Positions 49,444 through 58,682 of a stretch of 64,000 nt of DNA are shown piece after piece. This DNA comes from an uncultured Gemmatimonadales bacterium (GTDB lineage Bacteria > Gemmatimonadota > Gemmatimonadetes > Gemmatimonadales > Gemmatimonadaceae), in NCBI GenBank assembly GCA_963707505.1, contig CAVPQB010000002.1, positions 32,001 to 96,000 on the forward strand, written 5' to 3'. The position numbers and the translations under genes are program-made. The notes under the pieces were generated by a model. That model made no database searches. It was given only the letters and a program-made list of their open reading frames with translations, and was not told the DNA's origin. Numbering within the stretch: position 1 is the first letter of the stretch; the number at the start of each line of letters is the position of its first letter.

Positions 49444-51264
49444 CTACATAGTTAAAGCGACTGCGTTCTGAGGGCTCAGTTGAAAGTCACCGTGCTTGGC
49501 TCGTGCACCTGATAGTTCCGCGTACAACCCTTCTGCTGTAACCAGTCGACGATGGGAACCTCGTTCTACAATTTCTCCGCCATCCACCACGCAGATTTCA
49601 TCGGCGTCCTCGATAGTACTTAACCGATGCGCGACGACTAAAACGGTACGGCCGACTCTAAGGCGTTCCATAGCGCGCTGAATAAATCGCTCACCGAGCG
49701 CGTCGATAGCCGACGTAGCCTCGTCAAATAACACGATCGGAGCGTTACGCAGGAATGCTCGCGCGATTGCGATCCGCTGTCGTTGACCGCCGCTCAGCGT
49801 CATTCCTCCCTCGCCGACGAGTGTGTTCAGCCCGTCAGGCAACTGCATTGCAAACTCGTTGACATATGCATCGGCCGCCGCCCTGTGGACCTCATCTTCT
49901 GTGGCACTAAGGCGTCCGTACAGGATATTCTCACGAATCGTTCCATAGAAGAGCTGGACTTCTTGAGGCACCAGAGCGATATGCGCCCGAAGAGATCTAA
50001 TTGTGAGTTTCCGAATATCAGTTCCATCAATGCAGATTGTCCCTTGCGATGGATCAGCGAAACGCAGGACTAAATTGACAATTGTAGATTTGCCCGCCCC
50101 GCTGACTCCAACGAGTGCGATTGTCTTGCCGGGCGACGCCACGAGCGTCACGCCGCGCAAGACTGTGCGCTGGTTCCCGTAACCAAACCATACGTTGTTA
50201 AAGCGAATTTCCCCATACGGATTGACTAAGACTCGTGCGTCCGAAGCGTCGACGACATCCGGCATCGCGTCGAGAAGTTCGAAGATGCGCACGGAAGCGC
50301 CGGTCGCTGCGCTTGTTGTGCTGTAGACTTGAGTCAATTCGGAGAAACACTGAGCAATAGTTTGCGAGTAAAAAAGAAAGGCAATCACATCTCCCGCAGA
50401 CAGTCGTCCAGCGATGACCTCTCGTCCTCCGAACCAAAAGAGCGCCACCAGCGAAAGGACCGAAATGAACTCGATTACCGCACCGAATACGGCGCCCGTA
50501 TATGCGACTCGACATGACTTTTGGAAAACCCCGTCAACTTCTTTTCGATATCGCTGTGCCTCGAACGGCTCGCGTGTGAACGCCTTGACAATACGGATCG
50601 ACACCAATGATTCGTGGGCGACCGCGCTAGCCTTTGCTAGGCCGTCTTGTACATCACGCGATAAGAACCGTACCCGCCGGCCAAAGTGCTTAGAAGTGAG
50701 AGTCGCAGCTGGGGCGCTTAATAACGTAATGACAGCCAGACGCCAATTGAGTGTGAGCATCACCCCAAGGGCGCCAACAAGTTTCGCAGATTGCAATATG
50801 GCGGCGATAATTACGTCGGTCACCACAGTACGGACGGCCGCAACATCGCTTGTGAGACGTGATGATAGGTCGCCTATACGTTCGGATGCAAAGTAGGACA
50901 CGCCGAGACTCTGCAAGTGTTCGTACACTCGCGCTCGAAGATCGGCGACGATGCGTTCACCCGTGGTTTTGAGCAATACACCACCGAGTGCCGAAAGGGC
51001 GCTTCGCGACGCAAGTAATGCGAGAAGCCAGACAGCGACGACAGTCAACTGCGCTGCGTTCCGATTCGTAAGCACTGAATCAAGTAACTTCTTCAAGCCC
51101 AGCGGAAAGACTAAGCCAACAAGGGCTCCGCTTACGGCAAGTGTTCCGGCCACGCTAATCCGTTTCCAATGACCGCGCCCAATGAAGAACAAGCGCCTCC
51201 ATGGCACCGTACTGTTCAGCGGGGAACGACGAGACTTAGCGTTACGAGCCTCATCGTTCGCCAT
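49444..51264 (-). CDS. ABC exporter (fused TMD-NBD, LanT-like, no C39 peptidase domain)
   Basis: TM domain, GDLSSRLTSD, GVSGAGKST, VPQE, LSGGQRQRIAIARA, FDEATS; directly downstream of lanKC. Confidence 0.93.
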   Translation of the reverse strand: MANDEARNAKSRRSPLNSTVPWRRLFFIGRGHWKRISVAGTLAVSGALVGLVFPLGLKKLLDSVLTNRNAAQLTVVAVWLLALLASRSALSALGGVLLKTTGERIVADLRARVYEHLQSLGVSYFASERIGDLSSRLTSDVAAVRTVVTDVIIAAILQSAKLVGALGVMLTLNWRLAVITLLSAPAATLTSKHFGRRVRFLSRDVQDGLAKASAVAHESLVSIRIVKAFTREPFEAQRYRKEVDGVFQKSCRVAYTGAVFGAVIEFISVLSLVALFWFGGREVIAGRLSAGDVIAFLFYSQTIAQCFSELTQVYSTTSAATGASVRIFELLDAMPDVVDASDARVLVNPYGEIRFNNVWFGYGNQRTVLRGVTLVASPGKTIALVGVSGAGKSTIVNLVLRFADPSQGTICIDGTDIRKLTIRSLRAHIALVPQEVQLFYGTIRENILYGRLSATEDEVHRAAADAYVNEFAMQLPDGLNTLVGEGGMTLSGGQRQRIAIARAFLRNAPIVLFDEATSAIDALGERFIQRAMERLRVGRTVLVVAHRLSTIEDADEICVVDGGEIVERGSHRRLVTAEGLYAELSGARAKHGDFQLSPQNAVALTM

Positions 51265-51272
51265 TATGCGAA

Positions 51273-54065
51273 TCATAGGCTCACCGTAGAACGCATACGG
51301 CTCCCAGAGACCTCCGTGTCGCAGGCCGCCACACCCACTTCGCTCCAACCTCGTGAGTGCACGCCGGTGTCGAACAATTCGTCAAGCATCAAGTAACGCG
51401 GCGTCGAAGGATACGTGAGCCTGTGGAGAAATAAGCCAATCCCCGCTGAACCCATCCCGTAGTCGCAGCTCACGCGAAGTAGTTCACTACCAGGAAATGC
51501 ATACCCCCCAAGGCGGTCCATTCGATGCTTTAGGATGAACTCGGCGAGATGGTAGGCATTCGTGCGATAGCGCTCGTCACCGAATACCGAATACATATCA
51601 AGTAGTAGTTCGCCGTATCCCGATGCTCCGTAGTCGTGCCAGAGTTTGTTGGTGTGGCGATTGGCGACGGTATGAGCACATTGTTCCAGGAAGGCGCGAA
51701 TGTCCTGGTCACCTGTCGCTCGGACGTATCTAAGGGCCGCCGTCCCTATTCCAGCTGTGCCGTGCCGGATATGCGGCGACTTCGGACCGCTGACGCGTGC
51801 ATTAACATTAGCAAACCAGATCAGTCGCGTATCAACTTCCTGCCGCTGGCCAATCTCGAAGTTCAGCGCTCGTCGCGCGAGGGCCATCCAGGCTTCCTCA
51901 CGTGTGGCGAGGCTGAGATAAGTCAGGAACAAGGCTATCCCACTCGCCCCGTGACCGTAACCAATCGGTGTTCCGCCGTCCTCGGGCCAGGAGGCAGCCG
52001 CGCCTTCGTACTTGGCAGATCTCGCGAGCGCGTTCCCGATAGTAATCGCAGTATCTAATCCACGCTCGTCGCCTGCCTTCAGCCAGTAGTGAAGGTTAGC
52101 AAGTCCCCATCCAGCTTGACCGTAATACAATCCCGTGACATCCGTTGACGTAGGGGATAGTGGGGTCCCGTGCGCGGCCTCAAATACGGTGCGAGCATCA
52201 TCATGCAGGCCCAAATCAAGAAGTGTAACTGCCAAACCGCCGAGACCCACGTGCAATCCACGAGGGGCAAGTCGTCGGCGCCAATTGCGACGAATCCACG
52301 TAATCGCATCATGGGGCACTTCACCTGATTCCCTCCACAGAAAGTATGCGGTACCGGCTGCACCGTATTGCACACTAATGGCGTTTGTGGAAAAAATATC
52401 TCCAGACGCGGGCCAGAGCCGGTCCGTCCGTTCCGGTGTGGCAGCGGCACGAATGTGCCGACTTAAGCCACGCAAAGTCTCCACCACGCCGTCCTGCAAC
52501 GCCTGGGATGGAGCTTCTCTTTCTGGCACAACGGGCCGTGGCTCATGGTCTTCCACACGTGCCGTCGACCGCAAAAGAGCCGTGTCCACCGAGTCAAGGA
52601 GCGCCATTGCCTCCCGCAGGTTCCACCGGGACGAAGGATCCTCATCTAGAAGCCCTTCTACCACACGAAGGAGGACATCAGGCAATTCGAAGTCCTTCAG
52701 CGTGAGCATTAGCGAATCGAGGACTCCACGTTTGTTCAACGGAAGGCCTGACGCTGAAAAAGCAATCATGTCAACAATTAAGGCACCGAGAGCATAATAG
52801 TCGTCTTGTGGGGATGGTGTCTTGCTACGAAGTTGTGCTTCTGACGCATAGCCGGTCGTCCAACCCGAAATCACCTTATCGTTCCGGTCTGTTTCGAAAG
52901 AAAGTTCCAAGTCGATGAATCGCACGTGTTCCGTATCAAGTGTGAACATGACGTTCGACTTGGTTAAGTCGCGGAGAATTACGTTGTGAGCGTGAACGAT
53001 CTCCAAGCCCTCCGCGATTTTCTTTATTGTTGCCCGTAATTTGTCGAACATGGCGGCAGGAGTTGTTTGCGCATTGCTGCCGTGTGTAAAGTTGATCGCG
53101 TACCCCCACAGCGACTCCGCATCCAATCGCTCTTGCACCAAGAACCAGTGCTCCCACTCCTGAAACAACTCGATGAAGCGTGGTGTGAAGCCTGTGGGTC
53201 CAAGCTTCGTCAGAATGCGTGCTTCTTTGCGAAGAATGGCGAGCGGATTGTACCCGGAGGCGCGCGTCCCGAGTCTCGGGCGAGTCTCACGAATTATTAC
53301 GTTCTTGCCGCTGTGCGTGTCAACGGCTCCATAGATGCCGCCGATACTTGAAAACCGCTCGGCACTTGTGACACGATAGCGATTGTTGAGAAGTACTCCA
53401 TCTTCACCCGGCTTAGTAATCGGCGGATCGTTCGAGACTGTGTCCGTCACCCAGGGAGGAAGTGCAAAGTACGCCTGCCGATCGTCACTCACACATTCTC
53501 CCGATGGTCCTACAAGTAACGGAGTGCGTGTGCCCGATGGTCCCACGAAAGGGCGCGGCGAATGTTCTCCATACCTGTAGAACACAACCTTACTATCGCG
53601 AAACGGCCGATCAGATAGGATGTAGGGTCCTTCCATGCCCGCGGTGAGAGTGCTGCAGGCCTCCAGCAGACTGAAAAACTGATCGTCGTCGCTTGGATAA
53701 ATCGTAATAAACTTTCCCGCACCAGTGCGTGGCCAGTTCTTGTTAAGGCTTAAATCCAACATGGCCGGATCAGAGCAGAACTTGAACGGAACGCTGCGTC
53801 TATTCAACTCCGGCACAATTTGCGCTAGAGTCGATATCGCCGTTGAGCTGACGGCCGAAATGTGGATTTTCCAACCCTGTTCAAGAAACTTGTGCCCTGC
53901 TGGGGTGCACTGGGTCCAGAAACCGACACAGTGTATTTCCCAAGATTCGTCGATGCGCTCACGAACAACATCGCCATACTCGCTCTTCGGCTTGTACTGG
54001 CTGATAGCTTCGAAATATTCCGAATCAAGCAACGTATAAAAGTAAGCTGGATTATCGCTAACCAC
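51273..54065 (-). CDS. lanKC: Class III lanthipeptide synthetase (lyase-kinase-cyclase)
   Basis: Lyase QGWKIHIS, GKFITIYP, GPYILSD, YRYG; kinase RFSSIGGIY, WEHWFLVQE, RDLTKSNV, FIDLE; LanC-like GxxG repeats lacking the Cys/Cys/His zinc ligands (HIRHGTAG, WHDYGASG, SCDYGMGSAG). Confidence 0.93.
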   Translation of the reverse strand: MVSDNPAYFYTLLDSEYFEAISQYKPKSEYGDVVRERIDESWEIHCVGFWTQCTPAGHKFLEQGWKIHISAVSSTAISTLAQIVPELNRRSVPFKFCSDPAMLDLSLNKNWPRTGAGKFITIYPSDDDQFFSLLEACSTLTAGMEGPYILSDRPFRDSKVVFYRYGEHSPRPFVGPSGTRTPLLVGPSGECVSDDRQAYFALPPWVTDTVSNDPPITKPGEDGVLLNNRYRVTSAERFSSIGGIYGAVDTHSGKNVIIRETRPRLGTRASGYNPLAILRKEARILTKLGPTGFTPRFIELFQEWEHWFLVQERLDAESLWGYAINFTHGSNAQTTPAAMFDKLRATIKKIAEGLEIVHAHNVILRDLTKSNVMFTLDTEHVRFIDLELSFETDRNDKVISGWTTGYASEAQLRSKTPSPQDDYYALGALIVDMIAFSASGLPLNKRGVLDSLMLTLKDFELPDVLLRVVEGLLDEDPSSRWNLREAMALLDSVDTALLRSTARVEDHEPRPVVPEREAPSQALQDGVVETLRGLSRHIRAAATPERTDRLWPASGDIFSTNAISVQYGAAGTAYFLWRESGEVPHDAITWIRRNWRRRLAPRGLHVGLGGLAVTLLDLGLHDDARTVFEAAHGTPLSPTSTDVTGLYYGQAGWGLANLHYWLKAGDERGLDTAITIGNALARSAKYEGAAASWPEDGGTPIGYGHGASGIALFLTYLSLATREEAWMALARRALNFEIGQRQEVDTRLIWFANVNARVSGPKSPHIRHGTAGIGTAALRYVRATGDQDIRAFLEQCAHTVANRHTNKLWHDYGASGYGELLLDMYSVFGDERYRTNAYHLAEFILKHRMDRLGGYAFPGSELLRVSCDYGMGSAGIGLFLHRLTYPSTPRYLMLDELFDTGVHSRGWSEVGVAACDTEVSGSRMRSTVSL

Positions 54066-54272
54066 GTGAATCTCGGCGTGAAGGTAAAGTCCTGCCTCGT
54101 GAGCACTTCGGTGCTGTGGATCGGCGAGTCATTGCGAGGTCTCGCCGGCAATACACTATCGCGTTTCCCTAAGGCAAACCCGGGGGTGAGCTACCGGAAC
54201 GCCTGTTAATCGCTGCGCTGCTTACGTACCGCGGGCGACATACGGCGTCCCAATAGCGCCCCAGAATCGAGG

Positions 54273-54401
54273 TCAGAACGAGGTCGTAGTGGAACTAAGA
54301 TTCGACGAGCAACTCTGGTCAGATACACAACTCACCCCGGAGCCAAGGCACGGATCTAGGGGCGACGAATCCAGAGTCTGAAGTGAAAGGACGATCGACA
54401 T
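54273..54401 (-). CDS. lanA: Lanthipeptide precursor A2 (42 aa; not in the ORF track)
   Basis: Manual translation MSIVLSLQTLDSSPLDPCLGSGVSCVSDQSCSSNLSSTTTSF*; AGGA RBS; VLxLQ leader motif; paralogous to A1. Confidence 0.92.
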   Translation of the reverse strand: MSIVLSLQTLDSSPLDPCLGSGVSCVSDQSCSSNLSSTTTSF

Positions 54402-54500
54402 GGTTGGAATTCCTGAAAGATGGTAAGAGATGATGGGGTTGATTGGTTATCGGAGTGACAACCAATCAACATTCCACCGCGTGCAACGAATGGTGATTTC

Positions 54501-54635
54501 TTAGTCGATCGTTGTATCTGCCGAACTAAGATGAGAGTCACAGCTGGCGTTAGAAGAGCAGCTGACGCTTGACAGGATGCAGGGATCCATACCTGGCTTT
54601 GCAGCGATCTGCTGTAGTGCTAGCACGTTATACAT
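54501..54635 (-). CDS. lanA: Lanthipeptide precursor A1 (44 aa)
   Basis: MYNVLALQQIAAKPGMDPCILSSVSCSSNASCDSHLSSADTTID*, the C-terminal part of track ORF 54501-54800; AGAGG RBS before ATG 54635; VLxLQ leader motif. Confidence 0.92.
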   Translation of the reverse strand: MYNVLALQQIAAKPGMDPCILSSVSCSSNASCDSHLSSADTTID

Positions 54636-55354
54636 AGGAGCCTCTCTTTGTTGGATTATGAAGAATTGCCTTAACAGAGAACACCGCCGCCGCCGGTTTT
54701 TCCGACAGCGAATGGATTGATCTATACCGTTGTGTCTGTCGTGCTGTTTTGGGAAATGCAGCTGTTGTGCGACTCGCAGCTGACATTCGACATCAAACAT
54801 GGATCAAGCGCCGAAATAGTTAGCTGTTGGAGCCTAAGTACGTGTATCATTGGTTCTGTTCCTAGTTAATTGTGAGTATTGCAGGCGATGCGTACCAACC
54901 GCGACTTAGGCGATTGTGGTATCCATACCACTTATCATTGAGACGCAGCTCAACTCCGAGCTACAGCTAACCGCTGAGAAATTGCATGGATCGAGGGACG
55001 ATTGATGCAACTGCTGAAGAGCCAGAACACTGTACACGTAACCTCCGTAGCTGATGGTGTGTGACCGCGCGGTATGACATGACGTGTCGTCATGTGTGCT
55101 CGGTCGGTTGAACGAATCTCACGCGATCTTGAAGTTCGCGTGATGCCAAAATCGGTCTAAGAGCTGCGTGTTCCGGCCAATCACAACAGACGCGTGGTTC
55201 GTTTCGGCGTCGTCATTCCTTTGTCGATCGGGTTGATTTTGATTGCATCTGGCCCGATGGCGTTCGTTCGTGCATACTTATAGATGCTGATGCGCTCCGC
55301 TCTGATCAGAGTGCGAATCGCAGCTCTATCCTCAGACGCTTGGCTTGGCCGACC

Positions 55355-56734
55355 ATGAACCAACCGGAGCCCGACCCGAACATCGGAAGCGGAAAGCGCG
55401 TGCTCGTCGCAGACGATCAAGTGCATGTCGTACACGCAATTCGGCTGATGCTGAAAACAGCGGGATATTCGGTCGATACGGCAACAAGTGTTGCGGAAGC
55501 ACAAACTGCTCTCGACCTAAAACACTACGATCTACTGTTATTGGACTTGAACTACACTGCAGATACAACGTCCGGGCGCGAAGGTCTTGATCTTCTGCCG
55601 TCGATTCACAGAAGACATCCGACCCTTCCAGTTGTAGTCATGACAGCTTGGGGTTCCGTCCCAAGCGCAGTCGAAGCCGTTCGCGCCGGGGCGGTGAATT
55701 ATGTGGAAAAGCCGTGGGACAACAGAAAGCTGCTAACGATCGTCGCGCTGCATACTGGACGGTCGATCAGTCACGCTGAGGCGGGCGCGCAGAGCGAAAC
55801 TGGTACTACGGCGTCTTTATTACCAGACATGATGTATCGGTCCGCGGCGATGGAGCGGATATTGGCGCTTGCCGCCCGCATCGCGCCGTCCGACGCCAAC
55901 GTTCTGATTACAGGCGAGCATGGTACCGGTAAAGAATTGCTTGCAAGGTGGATACACGTCAACTCTCCTCGGCGAAACGAATCCTTTATTGCTGTCAATA
56001 TGGGTGGCCTTCCAGAAGGCGTGGTCGAAAGTGAATTGTTCGGCCACGTGCGAGGTGCATATACTGACGCGAAATCGGATCGGACGGGGCGGTTTGAACT
56101 TGCGAACAAGGGCTCGCTCTTTCTAGATGAAATTGCCAATACCCCTCTATCGCTTCAGGCAAAGCTCCTGAGAGTACTGCAAACCGGTGACGTCGAAAAA
56201 GTGGGCGCGTCGACTCCCAGTCACGTGGACATCCGTGTGATCGCTGCCACGAACGTGAATCCGCGGCTTGAGGTCGTAGCAGGCCGCTTTCGGGAAGACT
56301 TGCTGTTCCGACTCAACACGATCGCGATTCATTTGCCGCCGCTTAGAGAGCGGCTGGAGGATCTGGAATTACTCGCAACCCATTTCTTGTTGCGTCACGC
56401 CGGACGGTACGGACGGACATTCTCCGGCTTCAGTGAGTCGGCACTTACTGCACTCCGGCAATATCCCTGGCCGGGGAATGTCCGAGAACTAGATCATGTA
56501 GTCGAGAGGTCTGTTCTTCTAGCGGACGGGACTCAAGTGGATGTGACTGATCTCATTCCCGACGCAACGGATCCACAGGTGGCTCTCGAGAATGGGACGC
56601 TCGATGACGTTGAGCGGATTATGATTCGCCGCGCCCTCGAGCGCGCGGGTGGAAACGTGGCTCAGGCCGCTAAGGCGCTAGGCGTCAGTAGAAGCGCGCT
56701 GTACCGGCGAATGTCAAACGAGCCTAATAAATGA
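55355..56734 (+). CDS. NtrC-family sigma-54-dependent response regulator
   Basis: REC (VADD, LDLNY, TAWG, EKPW), GEHGTGKE, ESELFGHVRGAYTDA, LFLDEI, FREDLLFRLN, WPGNVREL, Fis HTH. Confidence 0.95.
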   Translation: MNQPEPDPNIGSGKRVLVADDQVHVVHAIRLMLKTAGYSVDTATSVAEAQTALDLKHYDLLLLDLNYTADTTSGREGLDLLPSIHRRHPTLPVVVMTAWGSVPSAVEAVRAGAVNYVEKPWDNRKLLTIVALHTGRSISHAEAGAQSETGTTASLLPDMMYRSAAMERILALAARIAPSDANVLITGEHGTGKELLARWIHVNSPRRNESFIAVNMGGLPEGVVESELFGHVRGAYTDAKSDRTGRFELANKGSLFLDEIANTPLSLQAKLLRVLQTGDVEKVGASTPSHVDIRVIAATNVNPRLEVVAGRFREDLLFRLNTIAIHLPPLRERLEDLELLATHFLLRHAGRYGRTFSGFSESALTALRQYPWPGNVRELDHVVERSVLLADGTQVDVTDLIPDATDPQVALENGTLDDVERIMIRRALERAGGNVAQAAKALGVSRSALYRRMSNEPNK

Positions 56735-58104
56735 GGAAAGACAAGCGCATACCAAGTATCCCTTGGTCCGACCGTCGATTCGGACTCTTGGTCATCGCGA
56801 GCACTGCTCCTCTCGCGGTTCTTGCGTTCGGAGCGGTCGCGTATCTTGTTGATGAGCGCTTATTAATTCGCCAACACACACTATTCGCTGTGGGGACAGC
56901 CTTAGTCGTGGTGGTTGCATTATGGTTGTGGTCTATAGCACACCTTTGGCGTATCGTCATCTGGCCATTGCGAACGTTATCCAATGGAATTGCCGCGATC
57001 CGCCAGCATGACTATGCAATACGGCTTAAGCGAAACAACCCGAGTGATGCACTTGGCCTGGCGTTCGTTGAGCTCAACCTGTTAGCAGAAACACTGATGG
57101 ATGAGCGCACCCATGCGGTGGAGGCGCAGGCACTCGTGGCGACTGTATTAGAAGAAATTGACGTGGCGGTATTTGCATTCGATAGTGGTACACACATGCG
57201 ATTCGTGAATCGCCGCGCCGAATTGCTTCTCGGTCGAACGACCGGGGAGCTCACACTTTGTGCTGCGAGTGAGCTCGGATTGGGTTTTTGTCTTGAGGGC
57301 CCGCCGGATCGCACAATGACGATCCCTCTAGACGGAGGCTCCAGCCGGTGGAGAGTCCGACGCAGCAGCTTTCGCCAAGACGGTTTACCGCATCAACTGG
57401 TAACGCTTAGTGATGTCGGGTCAACACTTCGTGCAGAAGAGCAATCGGCCTGGCAGCGCCTGGTCCGCGTCCTCGGGCACGAAATCAACAACTCGCTTGG
57501 ACCAATCCGTTCTATTGCCGATACGCTTGCGTCCTTACTTGCTCGCACATCTCGACCGTTGGACTGGGAAGAAGATGCAACCGCCGGTCTAGAAGTCATA
57601 CGGGATCGGGCTACAGGCCTTAGTCGATTCCTTGAGTCATACTCTCTCCTCGCGCGCCTTCCTCGACCTTTACCCACAGTGGTTCGTATTGGTGACGTCA
57701 TCTCCCATGTGGTACGGCTAGAACAACGCGTAGCGATTGAGGTTCGCGGTGATCCTGAACTGCGGGTTCGCGTGGACAGTGATCAGCTTCAGCATTTGCT
57801 GATTAACCTAGTCCGGAATGCATGTGATGCCCTCGCAGCCGCACCAGGTCACATCCAAGTAGGTTGGCAACGCCACAACACCGATCTTGATTTGACAGTA
57901 ACGGATTCGGGGTCAGGCGTTGCCAATATGGCGAACCTCTTTGTCCCGTTCTTCACTACGAAAGGCACTGGATCTGGCATAGGACTAGCTTTGAGTCGAC
58001 AGATTGCAGAGAATCACGGAGGGACACTCACCCTCGCCAACCGAGCAGATTCACCAGGAGCCATAGCGCGACTGCTCATCCCAAACGCCGTCGTCAATGT
58101 GTAG
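56731..58104 (+). CDS. Sensor histidine kinase (HAMP-PAS-HisKA-HATPase)
   Basis: Two close TM helices, LGHEINNSL, INLVRNA, DSGSG, FVPFFTTK, GSGIGL; ATGA overlap with the regulator. Confidence 0.94.
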   Translation: MRKDKRIPSIPWSDRRFGLLVIASTAPLAVLAFGAVAYLVDERLLIRQHTLFAVGTALVVVVALWLWSIAHLWRIVIWPLRTLSNGIAAIRQHDYAIRLKRNNPSDALGLAFVELNLLAETLMDERTHAVEAQALVATVLEEIDVAVFAFDSGTHMRFVNRRAELLLGRTTGELTLCAASELGLGFCLEGPPDRTMTIPLDGGSSRWRVRRSSFRQDGLPHQLVTLSDVGSTLRAEEQSAWQRLVRVLGHEINNSLGPIRSIADTLASLLARTSRPLDWEEDATAGLEVIRDRATGLSRFLESYSLLARLPRPLPTVVRIGDVISHVVRLEQRVAIEVRGDPELRVRVDSDQLQHLLINLVRNACDALAAAPGHIQVGWQRHNTDLDLTVTDSGSGVANMANLFVPFFTTKGTGSGIGLALSRQIAENHGGTLTLANRADSPGAIARLLIPNAVVNV

Positions 58105-58383
58105 AAGCGTTCGTCCTGTGACGGAACCACGTGTGTCATGAAAGACCAAACACTTTGATGTAACTGCGCGCTGCATTTAAGCGCGCGAAGTCCCGCGACT
58201 TCATTCAGACGTAAGTTGTCCGGCGCGGTTGCGCTTAGCTGACGGGAAAGATTAGACGGGGAGGTGCTATGCCGTCGCCGCTGCTTGAGACGGCATGTGC
58301 CCGCGTAGCTGGGGACACACATGCGAATGGATCCGCTATCAAGTTGAAGTCACCCTCACGAGAACAACACTTATATCCCGATT

Positions 58384-58534
58384 TTGTTCGATTATGGGAT
58401 TCGCAGTCCCGAATCCGAACAAATTGCCTGTCTTCGTAACGGGACCCGTGGATTCCTTGTTCCGTTAAGATTAGGCGTAGCATAGACTTACCGAACAACG
58501 CCTCAGCGCTAGGCGAAGCGGCACAAGGTTTCCA
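58384..58534 (+). promoter_or_regulatory. Candidate enhancer (UAS) plus degenerate sigma-54 promoter for the export operon
   Basis: Imperfect inverted repeat TTGTTCGATTATGGGA...TCCCGAATCCGAACAA (58384-58422) and CGGCAC-AAGGT-TTCCA (58519-58534; -12 reads CC rather than GC). Confidence 0.45.
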
Positions 58535-58682
58535 TTGATTGGTCCACGTGAAACCTAATCTTACATCGTCGCGCGATTTCTTAGATGTCGCTCAAATGGA
58601 GTCAGAGGATCACCGCGGCAACGCGAGTTCGACCTCGACTGGCGACCCTTTCGCAAGCCACCACCCGCACGCCATTGGCGTA

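Noticed and set aside
51273..52500. Class IV (LanL) assignment
   Set aside because: The cyclase domain lacks WCHG/CHG zinc-ligand motifs.
54066..54272. Third precursor between lanA2 and lanKC
   Set aside because: The short minus-strand ORFs here (e.g. MSPAVRKQRSD) lack the VLxLQ leader and the Ser/Cys core.
54501..54800. 99-aa ORF as the precursor
   Set aside because: The RBS and the homology to A2 place the start at 54635; the upstream extension has no leader-like features.
54640..55340. Further precursors or an RNA gene in the long intergenic region
   Set aside because: No leader motif, Ser/Cys lattice or convincing RNA fold was found by eye.
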